A stretch of 64,000 bases of DNA, from the NCBI GenBank assembly GCA_040772225.1, contig JAXGYO010000002.1:1066767-1130766 (forward strand). Direction: 5' to 3'. A program made the position numbers and the translations under genes. This DNA comes from Anaerolineae bacterium (lineage in GTDB: Bacteria; Chloroflexota; Anaerolineae; UBA1429). Below the pieces are notes generated by a model. The model was not told where the DNA came from. It searched no databases and saw only the letters and a list, made by a program, of their open reading frames with translations. Shown piece by piece: positions 63,190 through 64,000 of the stretch. How positions within the stretch are numbered: the first letter of the stretch is position 1; each line of letters begins with the position of its first letter.

Positions 63190-64000
63190 TTAATGTTTGC
63201 GTGCCACGACAATGATGTGCGAGCCCAGATCGAGGCAACCGGGTTCCCGGGAGGCCTCAATCTCCAACTCGATCAGGTGCCGCCACATCCGCTCGTCACT
63301 GCGCCAGGTAAACAAGAGATCCTTCCAGGTAGAGGTCAGACAATTGCTGGCAGAGATGGCCATTACTTCGGTCCCCGCGGACGCAACAAACTCCTTGAAC
63401 TCTTGCGCGCGGAATGCATGCCAGAATTGATCCAACGGCGCCACCTGCCGAGGGCCGAGCTCTCCCGTCCGGACGATCTCACGATTGAGCTCTGGCTCAT
63501 CATGGCTGAGAATGGCAGGCAAGTTTTCATGCAACGTGCCAAAGAGGCTCCTGGCGCTGAGCACGAGCAGGCCGCCGGAGCGCGTGACGCGCACCAACTC
63601 GGCCAGGGCCTTACCGCGGTCGTCGTGAACATAGCTCAGAGGCCCCCCGAGGCATACCACGGCGTCGAACTCCCCTTCGTACAGATCATCAGGAAAGCCG
63701 CGCATATCTGCCTCGTACCAGGCATCAACAACGTTCCCATATCCCATCGCTGTAGCGTTGCGCTGGTTGCGCTGCAGTTTCTCTGCAGAACGGTCAACCA
63801 CCACCAGATGATCTACAATCTGCGCCAGCTCGCGCGTGAATCGCCCTGCGCCGGCACCCACCTCGAGCACCCTGTCCACCCTGGAAAGATAGGTCTGCAG
63901 GTAGTGGGTATGCACAGCAAAGTCGACCTGCTGCAAGGGATCCGCCTGCCATCGAGCCCAGTCGTCCTGATCGGTCGGCCTTGGTTCTGCCCATCCAGCT
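63190..64000 (-). CDS. Class I SAM-dependent methyltransferase (5' end possibly beyond window)
   Basis: Motif I reads RVLEVGAGAGRFTRELA. The track starts it at TTG 63936, but the same frame stays open with no stop to position 64000 (..WAEPRPTDQDDWARWQADP-L-QQVDF), so the true start may lie outside the window. Confidence 0.8.
   Translation of the reverse strand, partial: AGWAEPRPTDQDDWARWQADPLQQVDFAVHTHYLQTYLSRVDRVLEVGAGAGRFTRELAQIVDHLVVVDRSAEKLQRNQRNATAMGYGNVVDAWYEADMRGFPDDLYEGEFDAVVCLGGPLSYVHDDRGKALAELVRVTRSGGLLVLSARSLFGTLHENLPAILSHDEPELNREIVRTGELGPRQVAPLDQFWHAFRAQEFKEFVASAGTEVMAISASNCLTSTWKDLLFTWRSDERMWRHLIELEIEASREPGCLDLGSHIIVVARKH

Overview
Visibly GC-rich bacterial chromosomal segment. 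Synteny looks like Terrabacteria and my guess is Chloroflexota, but I cannot verify that here. All calls come from reading the ORF track and the DNA by eye; no searches were run. Housekeeping blocks: an FtsA-like edge ORF, alaS, clpX-clpP-tig, tRNA-Gly/Leu/Lys, three tandem M42 peptidases, a HAD phosphatase, yedF, a cyclase, an iorA-like TPP enzyme, a GHMP kinase, an asp23-fakA-fakB-recG-coaD operon, rpmB, rpe, rlmN, a Zn peptidase, uxuA-like, thiI, a beta-propeller lipoprotein, malQ, trxB and a methyltransferase. Three accessory regions stand out. (1) About 11.6-28.1 kb holds a Tad/Flp pilus locus with no secretin or prepilin peptidase in the window. It has two intact Flp pilins plus a TAG-interrupted third, cpaB, tadZ, tadB, tadC, a 1162-aa TM/TPR/TolB-like propeller protein, tadA, three TadE/TadG pseudopilins (one split by an in-frame TAG) and DUF192. 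A KaiC/ArlH-like RecA-fold ATPase and a NERD-domain membrane protein are embedded right after tadA; this is my top candidate for an undescribed module. (2) At 32.24-33.45 kb lies a 1.2-kb noncoding tandem array of about ten 116-bp units, each with three GC hairpins. (3) At 37.5-44.9 kb is a tightly coupled archaeal-style mre11-rad50-nurA-(HAS-barrel-like ORF)-herA operon. Most other long ORFs in the track are antisense shadow ORFs typical of high-GC DNA.
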